NCBI GenBank assembly: GCA_000320545.1
Contig: ADNK01000256.1
Span: 1 to 41,953, forward strand
DNA: 41,953 nucleotides
Direction of reading: 5' to 3'
Origin: Bigelowiella natans CCMP2755
Lineage: Eukaryota > Protista > Cercozoa
Positions within the stretch are counted from its first letter, which is position 1. Each line of letters starts with the position of its first letter. Position numbers and translations under genes: made by a program. Under the pieces are notes generated by a model. It did no database searches and was not told the DNA's origin. It saw only the letters and a program-made list of their open reading frames with translations. Positions 12,085-24,398 of this stretch are shown piece by piece.

Positions 12085-12659
12085 CTGCCAAAATACATGT
12101 TATTTATAAGCTTACTTTGGCTTTTACTATGTCGCGATTCTAACTTAGTCCACGTTTATGAGGAATATCTCAGAGAGATAATTTGAAAGTTTTCCCGCAG
12201 CTCTGCGTGCTTCCCACAACTAATCTATTTCAATGCGACTAACATCGTATTATGTCGTTCATTCGAAACACATCTGATTTCCAATGTATACCATGACGTT
12301 CGAACAGTAGTGATGCTGTGTCTTTCGTGATCCCTGAATTCTCTCTCAATAACGTTGAACCCGGGTATAAGCTCATAAATGCATTGAATTTTCGTGTCGC
12401 AGGTAAGTTTACGAAGACTTTCCGAACCGAAATTAACTCCTTATCTGCGATGACGAGTGACTCGGTTTCGGATTAGCGACATCATCGGTTCTTGTCGCAT
12501 CTAATATTTCGTCTCAGGAATATTGGCATTCTGTCATTCAAAAATTTGAAAAATTTCCCCCTACCCTGGGTCATCCAAAATGTTTACAGGATAAGTTAGA
12601 CTCACTACTCGTTTCTGGCAAACTGGAGCGATTTCATAAAGCTGGATAAACCAGAGAGG

Positions 12660-14026
12660 ATGCAGCTGCTCGTCCTCTCAGCGGCAATCCATCTTTTATT
12701 CTTTCCAGCACACCCAGCTTCAATTGTATCTGCGCTCGTCCAGGAACAGAATCAGGGCCATACACTCGCTGCACAAACATCAGTGACAATCAATGACACA
12801 TATCGCGCACATCGCCATTCTGGAAGGGATTCAGGTTGTCAATAGCAGGAAGAATAGATTTCCCCTTATTTTTATGCCCGCTTCCCGTCGCACCCTTATA
12901 ATCTCTTTGTAATGTATCCTCAAATAAGATTATGATTTTTTTTCTAATTTCAGGTTTCGGTTCAAGCGAAAGCGAGGGTCGCAAAATTAGAGGGAACGTA
13001 AAACTAAGTGGGAAGACGTACAGAACCGTGTGTACCTGTGACAAAAACTTCCAGGTGCTAGTTATCATTAACAGTAATGCAGCAGCAGCCAACTGATAAC
13101 ATTGATTAGAATGTCGATATAACTTGCGAGATAAAATTGGTAGTCCTAGCTTTCGGTGAATAGTGTTTGTCCTCCTGTCGGGATGGTTGTGGGCATAGCG
13201 TTCTTACATTATTCAACCTTTTTGTTAAGGCTCCCACCTCACAATGTGCTGCACCCTCCAAATTACGCATCCACCAAGAGGAGACTCACCAGCGCAACGG
13301 TATATATTATATTGATATACAAAGTACTCTCCAAGAAGCTAACCATCTAAAAGTAGACGAAGGCTTGGATCAAATAATGCCTTAAAATGAAACGCATTTA
13401 TTTTCTTTTGTATTAGGTCTTACGCCTGACCAGCTTCATCGCATTCTAGGTTGTAGCAGCAGTATCAATCACACTGTACCAGTTCATGATGCTGCTAGAA
13501 CAGCCCCCTTTCCACTTAAATCATACCCCCGGGGAAAAAAGAATGTTAACTAAAAAATTGCGTGCGTGTGGGAGCAAGAGGTGTCGTAATTGTTCCTGAT
13601 GACGGATTGTCGGTAGGCGGGCCGAGCAAGTTCCTTAACATGACATTCGTTCGCAACACCCCATTCTCCGATCTAGACCCCCGCCATACGGATAGAACAC
13701 AAGGTGAATTGGCCAGTACTATAATTTGACAATGAAATTACATCGAGAGATATATGTCCTAAATGCTCCACACGCGACTGAATGCAACTGCATGCTGAAA
13801 AAAGACGTCTAGTCGCGTCCAGATTGGTCCCTACCTGTAACACTGATCTCGTATCGTTGCCGTGCAACTATCATCGCTTATTCTTAGGGACTCCTGGTGG
13901 CGAATTTGGTGAATTTCTGCATGCTTTAGGTAAGTAAGAATGAGGGGTATGTTAAGATGCCGATTGGTGTGAGGCACAGTGATCAGATATCAATCGCGTG
14001 ATGCTTGGCAGTTAGAGTGTGTAGTG

Positions 14027-14060
<34 letters not shown>

Positions 14061-14820
14061 GAGAATGTGGAGTAAATCCCTAAACAAAACACACTATAAG
14101 TATGCATATGTGTAGCAGCATGTATGAATGTTCCTTTGCTTATATGCTCCCAGGGGCATTTGAAACGTTATTGGACACATCTCTATCTGAGGTTGAAGTC
14201 AACCTCCACTTAAAACGGTAAGAAGCACCAGTACTACTAGCAGCGGTGCAGGCAGCAGTAGAGTGCTCAAATGCTTTCCCGGTCAAGGAGGAGGAGGTGG
14301 TGGGAAGAACAATCAAAATGGCGACACTAGCAGCTCGCACAGTTGGTGTGAGCGGTTTGTGCCTTGTTGCGAAAAACTCTCTCATGCCCCCCACCCCCCC
14401 TCCCCCCTACTTTCCTTTCTTTTCTGCGTTCCTCCTCTACATGAAAGATGGCTCAAATGGAAGGAGAGGGGTATCCACAAGTTCGAATTCACGACGGACA
14501 CAGCAGCGATAGATCATCTTCAGAAGCATCTGCACGTCGAGGACCAGGTCATTATTAGTAGTGCTGGAGGGGGGGATAAGTGCGAAGAGAGGTAGGATCA
14601 GGAAGAACCGGAAAGCATGTGAGGAGCTGCACCCGACGGTGATTGCAGCTCACGCATTCTTTTCCACACAGCAGGAGGGGGCAATAGTGGACATTAACAT
14701 GGCGAGCCCCGACCCTGTGTACCGAGAGGCCATCCTGAATGACATCACCCAGCCCAAAAATCAAGGCTCTATCTTCGTAAAAGCTCTCCTCAGGTTTATT
14801 TAAAAACTATGGGATGTAAC

Positions 14821-14861
<41 letters not shown>

Positions 14862-15561
14862 AAGTAGGAGGAGGAGGAAGAGGAGGAGGAGGATAGTGCA
14901 CGACACGCCCTCGATAGCAGGGTGGGAAGGTGTGCCTACTGCTGTTGCAAATAGCAATGATGGCAGCAGTTGTGATGAGAGGAGAGTTACTTCTTCATGA
15001 GGCGATGATGATGATAATGATAATGATGATGATGATGACAATATCTGGACGCTTAATTTTAGAAATCCTCGGCAATACTACCTATCCGAGTCTCTAGTAC
15101 ATAGTCTCATCCGAGCGGTAAGTGCGATGTAAGTAGTAGTAGTAGTAGTAGTACTAGTAGTAGTATTGGAGGCAGGTAGCTGATGAGGACGAAGCGAAGT
15201 ATAGAGATTTGAGTATTTGGAAGATAGATCTATGTTGCAGGAGGCAAAGGAGGGACCACAAATAGCAGCTTCAACCAAAATAGAAAGACATTCTAGATGA
15301 AATTTCTTCAATGATTTTTGGTCGCCAAGATACGGCTCACTATTATATCATCACCTTCTTCACCTTCTTCACCTTCTCCTTCTCTTCATCATGTTGGTGG
15401 GTAGGTTTTCCGAGTGTTATGGGATCGATCTGAAACGGACCACGATGGATATTTCCTCTCCTCAAGAATAGATCTCAATGTGCTTGATGTACGTTGCGAT
15501 GACATCGACAACGCTAGATGGATTCTCTCTTTCTCATTTTCTCACTTTCTCATTTTATCAT

Positions 15562-15625
<64 letters not shown>

Positions 15626-15629
15626 GACT

Positions 15630-15671
<42 letters not shown>

Positions 15672-15869
15672 TCCCTCGTCAATTCCCTGCAGGGTTCTAC
15701 TAGCGTCGTTCGGCCGAGGGCATGGTTCAACATTAGAAGCACTCGTGGTCACCACACTAGTACTAGTAGTAATAATACTGTAGTAGTCTTGCAGTACTAG
15801 TAATAGTAGTTTATGCAAAGACAATCCCTTTGTATATATATATCCCCCGGTGCACTACTTCTCTCTCCC

Positions 15870-15908
<39 letters not shown>

Positions 15909-16625
15909 CCCCTTTTGCGTTTTCCGTACTTCGTATCACGGTGATTCCAATCGCCACAATGACAATGATGCCTACTCTTCAGGATGTGAAAAAGAGAAAC
16001 GAGCAGCTGTCTTCGCTCCCAACACAATGTTCGTGCGTTCCTATGAGAAGCTCAGGGAGGGGGGGGGGGGGGGGTGGAACTGCTGTCTTTCTAAATGCAT
16101 CTCTCAGCGTTTTGTATGACACGATTCCTCTGCTGGGGCTGTTCTTCATGTGACATCAATCTCTTTACTCAATTCACCGAACGATTTCCTATCGCTAGAA
16201 TATTTCTTACACTACTGACAACTCTATGCAGTATAGATATACAATATATAGAAATATGCGTTTTCTCATTCTACATGAAGATCGGACGGTAATTAATTGT
16301 GTGGCCCCTCTTTATCATCAGGATCTACGTGAATCATCCACACGCAGCAAAGGTGGTGGAGTAAGGCTGAAAACCACTTAAATGATGATGACAATGAGAG
16401 GGGTTGTGAGGGGAGAGCGGGGGAGGTAAAGTGTCTATTTATAACGACGAAGAGGCCAACGAGAAGTACAATCTGAAGTTGACTCCGAATTATCACAGGT
16501 GCTCCGTCGAAGTATATCCGAGTATTTTGCCCTTCAAAACTCTTACATCTCTGCTGATGAGGTTATCATCTATCATCGTGCGACACCGTTTGATCCGCCT
16601 CCCTATGAACTACCTGCGCGCGCGC

Positions 16626-16663
<38 letters not shown>

Positions 16664-16883
16664 TGGGGGGGGGGGGTTCAGGTTTTGGTCGGTTGGATCA
16701 AAATGTCTTCATCAACCACAACGTGCCTGGTCTGATAATGAGATATTTCCTTTGTTTTGTGTTTGTTGCAACATATATGATCGGCAGATGATGGCCCTAA
16801 TCAATCGGAGGGCAGCGACATCTCTCGATACATTCGTGAAGGGCATTCCGAAAATACCTTTCTACACTATTAGCGTGGAATAA
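12660..16883 (+). CDS. Secreted protein (about 400 aa) related to zeta/theta-type carbonic-anhydrase-like proteins, metal ligands substituted
   Basis: About 16 exons: 12660-12834, 12954-13054, 13230-13299, 13417-13449, 13617-13703, 13888-13929, 14154-14217, 14448-14547, 14675-14793, 15063-15117, 15405-15488, 15693-15747, 15983-~16029, 16322-16352, 16499-16561, 16788-16883. Signal peptide MQLLVLSAAIHLLFF; core FSDLDPR...GTPGGEFGEFLHAL...FTTD...PKNQGSIF...IYVNHP...IPFYTISVE*. Confidence 0.7.
15563..15669. repeat. Compound intronic microsatellite (CT)n-(CA)n-(TA)n, representative of many in the window
   Basis: Directly visible. Comparable arrays occur at ~1275-1313 (CT), ~1575-1611 (GT), ~2399-2428 (CTT), ~8563-8644, ~10282-10325 (TA), ~14029-14060 (AGT), ~19256-19326, ~22982-23122 and ~32840-32879. 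Confidence 0.95.
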
Positions 16884-17435
16884 ATGATGATGGTGACGAA
16901 AAAGGGGTGCTGTATCACTAACTATGCTCGATGTAATATTAGCAATGCGGCAGCGACACCTTATATACTAAGAAAAGTAATACACAGCAATAATTAACTT
17001 AATCATGCACAGTAGCCCGCTTATGCATAGCGCATTAGTTCGAAGCCACTACATGCGCGGCAGCTGACAGATTGCTTACGCCATAACTTGCGCCTTTTAT
17101 ACATATATACATTATATGCCTTTTGTGCACGCGCCTTTTGCTAGTAATTAACAGGATAGTTGAAAACAGCATTCGTATCATAATGTGTGAGAAGCTATCT
17201 CGTCTAATGCATCTCCACATGAAACATGAAGACGAAAAATGATAATTCCCCGGATAAACCGTGATAGCTTAGAATTTTGCAAATGCTTTCATTCATTTTA
17301 TGGATGGCTGCTGCACACGGAGGAGATTTGATATTTTATGCAAATTACGCCTGTGATCCTCGATCGGCAGCATGTAAAAATGCACATAGCTTCTTGATAT
17401 TTAAATAATGCCCCAGTCGTCACCGTGGCATCGCT

Positions 17436-19245
17436 TCAAACTCCGATAATCTTCAACATCTCCCTTGATTTCTCATACGCTCCGAAAAAGAACACGCCGC
17501 CTGCAAGAAGGGAGGGTCATTCGAGAAATATGCGGGAGGCCTTTATGTATCTATCGTCTTAGTCGTCATCATTGCCATCATCATCATCATCACCACCACC
17601 ACCATCATGCATGTGAAACAATGACAAACAATATATGATTAATGACCTAATGTCAGCCAGAAGGTACGTGGTCCTGCTCCGGCATAAAGACCCCTGATTC
17701 CTCCCTACACACAGCCGTCATCTCATCGGAGGTACCCGTTATTGCAAGCAAGGCAGAACAATGATTTAGAAAGGAGGAGGAAACTATCCAATGATCGATG
17801 TAGAGAGGGTGGAGAAGAGTACTATTGATGTGAAGGTTTCTCTGACGCAATCAGGTATTAATGAATCATAATATGTATTAGTCGCAGTAGTAATGATGAT
17901 ATGAAGAGGAGAGCTCCTCGCTGCTACCTCCTGATAAACTCTGCACCACACATCCACCACACCCTTGTAAGGTTTCCCATTAGCGTCGGCTCCCAGCATC
18001 AGCCGGGTCTTCGTTATGATTAGTAAAACAGGGGGGGGGGGGGGGGGCAGCAAGGGGGTCATATGTGTGAGTAAGGATGGGAGGCTACTACACAGCACAG
18101 TAGCAAAGATTGTGGGAAAAATGGCCATTCTCATTCGTCTTTCTCGTCCGTCTTCTCAGCCAAGACACGCAAAAGTAAACAAGAAGAAGAAAGAAAAAGA
18201 AGCATTTTCCTCCCGTTCAGAAACCGATTTGATGATAACGATGATTGATAATGGATGCGGAGACGAGCATCAGCACCTTGGCTAGGTCCAATGGCGTAGT
18301 CAACGCGCCTGAAAAACCACCGCTAAGAGCGCCGCACACCGCTCCTTGCCAAGCGGACACCGGCCGTCCTAATTTTATCATCAGCCATTTCAATGACTGA
18401 CCGAGTGGAAATGCATGGATATGCTGCTAACCTGGCGGACCATCCACGATATTATCATCATCATCATCATCATCATCATCATCGTCGTCGTCGTCGCCAC
18501 CCTTATGCATCATGTTATCTATCTCTTTCGGGCTCCTATGCAAGCTTTTCTCGTAGGAAAACAAAGCTCATAGTTCGCAGTAGTATTCTTGTGAGCAAAA
18601 CGGCTGATGAAATCGACCCATATGATTACCTTGGGCCTCCCCCCATTTTTTCTTCGCTCCTTCCCAAAGAGGAAACTACCGATAAAGCGAAAATGGTGAG
18701 CGGGCACGAGATAAGGGATGTTTTTAGGAAAGGACGAAGAAGAAAAAGAAGAAGAAAATGAAAAAAGAAGAAAGAAGAATTTGTTGGAATGCCATGGAGG
18801 AGATTCAGCATTATGGGAAAATGTGCTTGCAGCCCCACACAAAATATATCATCACCGCCACCACCGCTGCTACTTTTACAATTACTACTACTGCTGCTGT
18901 TACTACTAGCGCTACCTGGATCAAGGAAAAAGGAATTTCTCGCATAACTGTGCTACCAAATCCACGATAAAATCCCATCACCCCTTCCTAATACAAATTC
19001 CATGAACAACAACGAAGGAGGGCTGGAGGAGGAGGAGGAGTAGCAGCAGTAGTAGTAGTAGTATAGTACAAACACATGCTGCATCCTGTACAAATCATAT
19101 TGTTTTGATGCTGTTTAGCAGTACCTGCTTTAAGAGGGAAGATGTAGTCTCCGACATCGATCCGTAGTTTCCGGCCTGCATATTTTGCTTCACGACCTAT
19201 CCCAAATAGGAAAGAAGAGAATATCAGAATACTCTTGGCATATTA

Positions 19246-19304
<59 letters not shown>

Positions 19305-19977
19305 GTGTGTGTGTGTGTGTGTGTGTAATAATGCATCATGATAATAACTCTCTATCGAGTCTCTTTCCTTCTCCTCCTCCCCCTCCTCCATCCTTAGCCC
19401 TCTCTCTCCCACTGTTTTAGTCTCTGATAATATTTTGGAATGAGCTGCTTTCAACGCACACCATACCTCTGTCGGGACCCGGACCAGGCACGCAACGCAT
19501 TCACCGACCCTGGTCAATCATAGCGCCCCACAACCAATGGTGAAGCTGATGATGCCAAGATGTGCGCGTGTGTGTGTGTGTGTGTGCGTGTGTGTGCGTG
19601 TTTTGGTCTGCGGATTTGTCCCATGCTCTTTGTGTTAGTAACAGCAGTGCAGACAATTTAAATCTGCATCTCATTACGAGTGTGTTGCGTAGCACACTGG
19701 GCGATAAAAGCAACTTACCCCGCTGCAAGCTGCTGTGAAAGGACATCACTCTTTGTTAGTCGTTTTGCCTGTGGAGAATATTAGTACCAATCTTGTTAGT
19801 TAAAGAAGCGTGAGGAGGTTTTCGGAACCACAGCAAACACACCGCTCTTATTTAAGAAATGATAAGAGTCCGTAGGATTCTGTCAGCATTCATAATTCAA
19901 ACCAGGAATACCAACTAAGCACAAACCGGAGCTTTCATGGTTTCATATGTGGAGAAGAACAACGAAGCTCCTGATGT

Positions 19978-20021
<44 letters not shown>

Positions 20022-20580
20022 ATATATCAGCTTATTGAAGTGTATATTGGGTGGATAATGCGTTGTTTTGCTGGATAATCTACGATCTGGCTCATGCAAT
20101 TTATTTCCCAAGATATGAACACGTCAAGAAGAAAAAATGGCACCTGGCGCTGATCCTAAAGCGGCGGCAGAGAGGCCTGAGTATATTCCCTTGAAGCCCC
20201 CTTAACACGGAAACACAAACAACAACGTTTATGATCAACATCGAAGCCAATAACCGGAGTGTTAACATCGTGTACTATCTGCGGATATGCAAGAAGTGTA
20301 CTGGAAGCACAAGATGATGTGGGTAATAAAAGAGAGACATACCAGCCTTAAAGAAGCCCTGAGATGACTGCAATCGTGTCTTTAGCGTGTCTATAGGAAA
20401 CAGGGCCTGGAGATATCGATTTGATTAGCTTGACCAAATGGTGGTGCGGCAATCCCTCCCAAGCCCTCCCCTCCCTAGAAATATTACACCAAGCTAAAGA
20501 TTCTCTAAATTTACAATATCAACGAAGGCGCCAGCTGAAGCGCCGGAGAGCAGGGCGCACGTGAATGATGTCTCTGCCAT
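17436..20580 (-). CDS. SLC25A26: Mitochondrial carrier, S-adenosylmethionine transporter (SAMC/PET8/SLC25A26-like)
   Basis: Multi-exon gene giving MAETSFTCALLSGASAGAFVDI|ALFPIDTLKTRLQSSQGFFKAG|GFKGIYSGLSAAALGSAPG|ASLFFSTYE...GECVACLVRVPTE|VVKQNMQ...GFYRGFGSTVMREIPFSLIQ|FPLWE...TTPLDLAK|TRLML...GPRTFWLTLG|GVFFFGAYE. Three P-x-[DE]-x-x-K carrier motifs plus SAMC-type GSAP, RVPTE and REIPF motifs. Confidence 0.92.
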
Positions 20581-20760
20581 TATCAGCTTCTTGGAGTTTT
20601 GTTGGCTCAAGCGCTATCTGCTCGGACATTGGTCGGTGCTGATCGAACATTTACGATGTTTTAGGGTTTATTTATTACCAGTATACTGATAATTTACGTT
20701 ACAAGCAATGAATTCAAACTGAGATTTCTACCCCGTCAAAAATTACCGTTTTTCTAGTAA

Positions 20761-21540
20761 TCCACGGGTTGAAAAATGGACAATCTCTGGACAAGTTTTG
20801 AAAAGACAATGGAATCACTGTGATCACTTCACTCATCAATTTGTTCATCCACAATGCCAGTTGGCACAATGCATGTCCCTTTGCAAGCTCACGTGCATGC
20901 ACCTGTGCGTGCACTTTGACCCAGTCAGCTTGCACTGAGCGTGACCGTGCTAGCGTGCCAGCGCTAGCAACATGTGGCAACATTCAACACCCAACACCAC
21001 ACGATGAGCTGCGTGCACATCAACGGGTCGCGCCCTCTCCAGCTCTGCTAGCTCTGGTCTGCACTGACACCACGTGCGACCAGTGCACGCACGCATGGCA
21101 CAATCACAGTCATAGTCATGATGCCACGTCCACAGGAACGCCAGACCACATCGCAGCAGTCGATCACTGCTGGTTGTGATCGTGCAATCTGTGGCAACTT
21201 CCAGCGTGTGACGTGTTGCAAACCCAACTCAGTCGTGAACCAACGTTGAACAATGTGACAACAACGTGCACACAAAGCTGCAAACTCCGCAACGCACGTC
21301 TGTGCACACGTCACATGTGCATGCCCTTGTCACGATCATGCATCACAGTCCATGTTGCCAGCGGCTGGCCATGCATGACCAACCAAACAAACGACGATCA
21401 GCAGGCTTGCTAGCTTGGGCATGCTCTGCATGGACTTGTCACTGATTGTAGTTCCAGAGTTGCATCACATTCGTGATTCGCAATGACACTGCCGATCGCC
21501 GATGACCAATCATGCAGCCCTCCCTCAACTGCTTGCAAAA
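20761..21540. other. TpA-depleted, CA/TG-rich intergenic tract
   Basis: Only 6 TA dinucleotides counted by eye in 780 nt, 4 of them inside GCTAGC; about 45-50 expected from its roughly even base composition. Confidence 0.85.
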
Positions 21541-21929
21541 TTAACAGAAGTTGGCACGATTGGTGCTGCTACGCGAGCTAGCTCACACCACTGCTGTTGT
21601 GTTTTAATTTTTGTGCAAATGTGTGTCGCTCTTTCAAAGCCTTCCATCACGCAAGATCCACCACATATCCATGACATGTAGACAAGAACTCATTACAACA
21701 AAAGCACAAGCGTATGTTCCTGATAATGACAAATGTCGGCTAATCACAATTACTTGGTGTTGGCTCTATGACACTACGATGGAAAGCATGCGGTGCATAA
21801 ACGTCTCAACATCGAATTGTTATTGTACACAGCTCAAATGCCATTGAGGTACATATGGACATAAATTCATGAGTAGTTTGCGGTATTAAGATTTTACAAT
21901 CAATTTTGTGGAAAAATATCATGAACTAC

Positions 21930-22981
21930 TTATTCAATAAATTGTTCTGATGATATCATCAATGCTTTAGCTCCTTCCTTATTACCCGCCACTGTTTCCA
22001 AGTATGACCTAATTACGATATTGAAGAGGTAGATTCGTACATGATAAATTCATATGTATCATTGAATCTAAGAAAGTTAAATGAAAAATAGGGTGCGTTG
22101 GAACCTACGCAGAGAAGAGTATAGCATAGTGAATGCTACGACCTAACTTCACTTACATCAAATCCATCATTTCCGGCTTCAAGTCCCTAGTGTCTTGTTC
22201 AGTAGATAGGGCCACGTTCACTAAGCTATTTTTCTCAATTCTGTCCTCCTTGTTTCCAAACCCCTTTTTCGCAGGCTTTCGAGTCTGGCAATCGTTGTGT
22301 CAGTACTGTGTTCTCGAGTAATCATCAACTGTGTGCATGATACCAAAACGACATTGGGTTAAGACCTCTTTAATTATCTCCTTCCAGGTTTTCTGCATGT
22401 CCTCAAGTTTTAGGAACACCATCATTGTAGGCTCGTCCTACCGCATAAGAATCAGCAGCAGGTATGAATATTTTGATACTTGTTTGCATGCATGGTGTGG
22501 ATGTATTCCCGTCGTTAAAATGGTAGTCACATGGAACACACGTGAGACATTATTTTCAAGGAGAAAGCTAAATTGATTCATAATTTACACACGCTAGCCA
22601 ACATACATCGATGACGCTGATGAGCCTGGAATCGAAAAACACAGGAACTGATACCTGGTAAGTAGACATTAACATAACGACGCGCATGTGTCAACATGTG
22701 TTATATTACTGCCTCAATTGTTAGCTCACAGTTTTTCAAAATGAACATTACTTTCCACGAATAATACTATTACAGCAAAAACAAAGCCAAAATAAGCTAC
22801 CGTAAATTTACCTGTGAACTTCTGTCAAATTTAGCGGAAGCTGCTTTAAGTTGTGGCAGAATGGTATCTGCATTGTCCATCTGCTTTCGCGAGGACCTAA
22901 GGCGGAACTTGCCGCCAGTCATTACCTCCGGTTGCTGAATTACCTGATGATATATAATGTACTCTATTCAGAAGGAAGAGG

Positions 22982-23023
<42 letters not shown>

Positions 23024-23025
23024 GG

Positions 23026-23068
<43 letters not shown>

Positions 23069-23085
23069 ATATACACACACACGCA

Positions 23086-23127
<42 letters not shown>

Positions 23128-24398
23128 GCACTATATTTTCATGCACATGGGTTCGATTGGAACATTAATGCAATCTCAACCATGCAATCAAGACGACCTC
23201 TATCACTTTGGTCAATGGAAAAGAAGATATTCTTGCTGAAGCGTCTATGTTGGCGCGAACATCCTTCAACACTTCCTATAATTTATTTGTAAGAATAGTG
23301 GAGGAAATGCTAACTATTATAGTAGGAATAACATTCGAAGACTCCCCTCTTCCTGTTACTGACTGTCATCATACAGATTACTCTGTAACTACCTCCGCAT
23401 CTGCCTTTTCGGTGTAAAAGTATCCAATTCTAGTTCCATCGTCCGCGACCTGCGTACATATATAATGTATAAAGTAGTGGGAGAGGAAATGAGGCAATAT
23501 ATGAAGTATATTGATGGATACATATGATTACAGTTGTTGAGGTAACGAATTTTGCAAGATTTATTCTTATTTGTCGTGTCTGATGATAATTTGAAACTGA
23601 GAATTACCTCGGTAAGATACGGAAATTCACCCGTTCTCTGCGTCACTGTGAAGATCGGTGTGGCGCTCATTCTGACCCTTTTTGATTTAGAATTGAGGTT
23701 TGAAAATAAAAAAGGCTGTATATCGATATTTTCCTCGGGCAAAAATAAAAACACCTTTCATATTTTGGTAGTTTTGCTCCCTGAGAAGTTATATATGCGC
23801 GGAAAGCTCCAAGTAGCGCCGCAAAGATCCCTGCACCTGTCATCGTTCACCAACATATAAGTTATTCGATTGGATGGAGCAGACTGGGAGCGTGTTCTGA
23901 GGACGATTGTTACTGCGAAAATGTAGAAAGATATTCACACCTGCAAGAATGTCCCGTTGTGTCTCAAATGTGTGAGATACATCCATTGTTCCAACTGAAT
24001 ATTTAATGACATTATAAGGCAACGATTTTTGCATTCCCGAGCTAGTACACGACACAGGGCTTTCTTTTTCAAAAAAACTCTACACCAGCCCGCATTTCTA
24101 GATCAGCTTATAGAAAATTCTAAAGTGCTCACAAACATTGAGGTAGTGCTTGAGGTCTGAGCAGTTTAGTACTCTCTGCGTCATCCCGATTCACTCGTCT
24201 CGTCGGAAGAGGGAATCCTGCTGCGTTCCTCCTCACCAACCAACGCTTCTTCAAACAAGTTCGAGAGATTGGACCCCTAAAAGAAGCTAAGTTTGTTCGT
24301 TTTGAGACGGTATGCTGGACGGTCTGCGCCGTCACTGCTAGGACAAGGTGGAGAAGAAGCCAGCGAGGTTTGCAGAGTAGGGTACGTGGAACCACCAT
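21930..24398 (-). CDS. Tic22-like plastid envelope protein (about 338 aa) with bipartite leader and a hydrophobic segment
   Basis: Exons 24398-24173 (first donor tentative), 23994-23941, 23836-23755, 23677-23608, 23449-23393, 23275-23207, 22943-22812, 22654-22607, 22437-22366, 22284-22157, 22008-21930 (1017 nt in frame). Tic22-type twin motifs TPIFTVTQRTGEFPYL...IGYFYTEKADAE and VPVFFD...MVFLKLEDMQKTW. Confidence 0.65.

Noticed and set aside
13167-13229. SCRDGCGH in frame with exon 3 of the CA-like gene, resembling the missing GCGH ligand motif
   Set aside because: It lies inside a predicted intron and at the wrong position in the domain; probably chance.
20714-21413. Several 66-119-aa Cys/His-rich ORFs
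   Set aside because: Expected artefact of TAA/TAG depletion; no recognisable transposase, RT or zinc-finger motifs.
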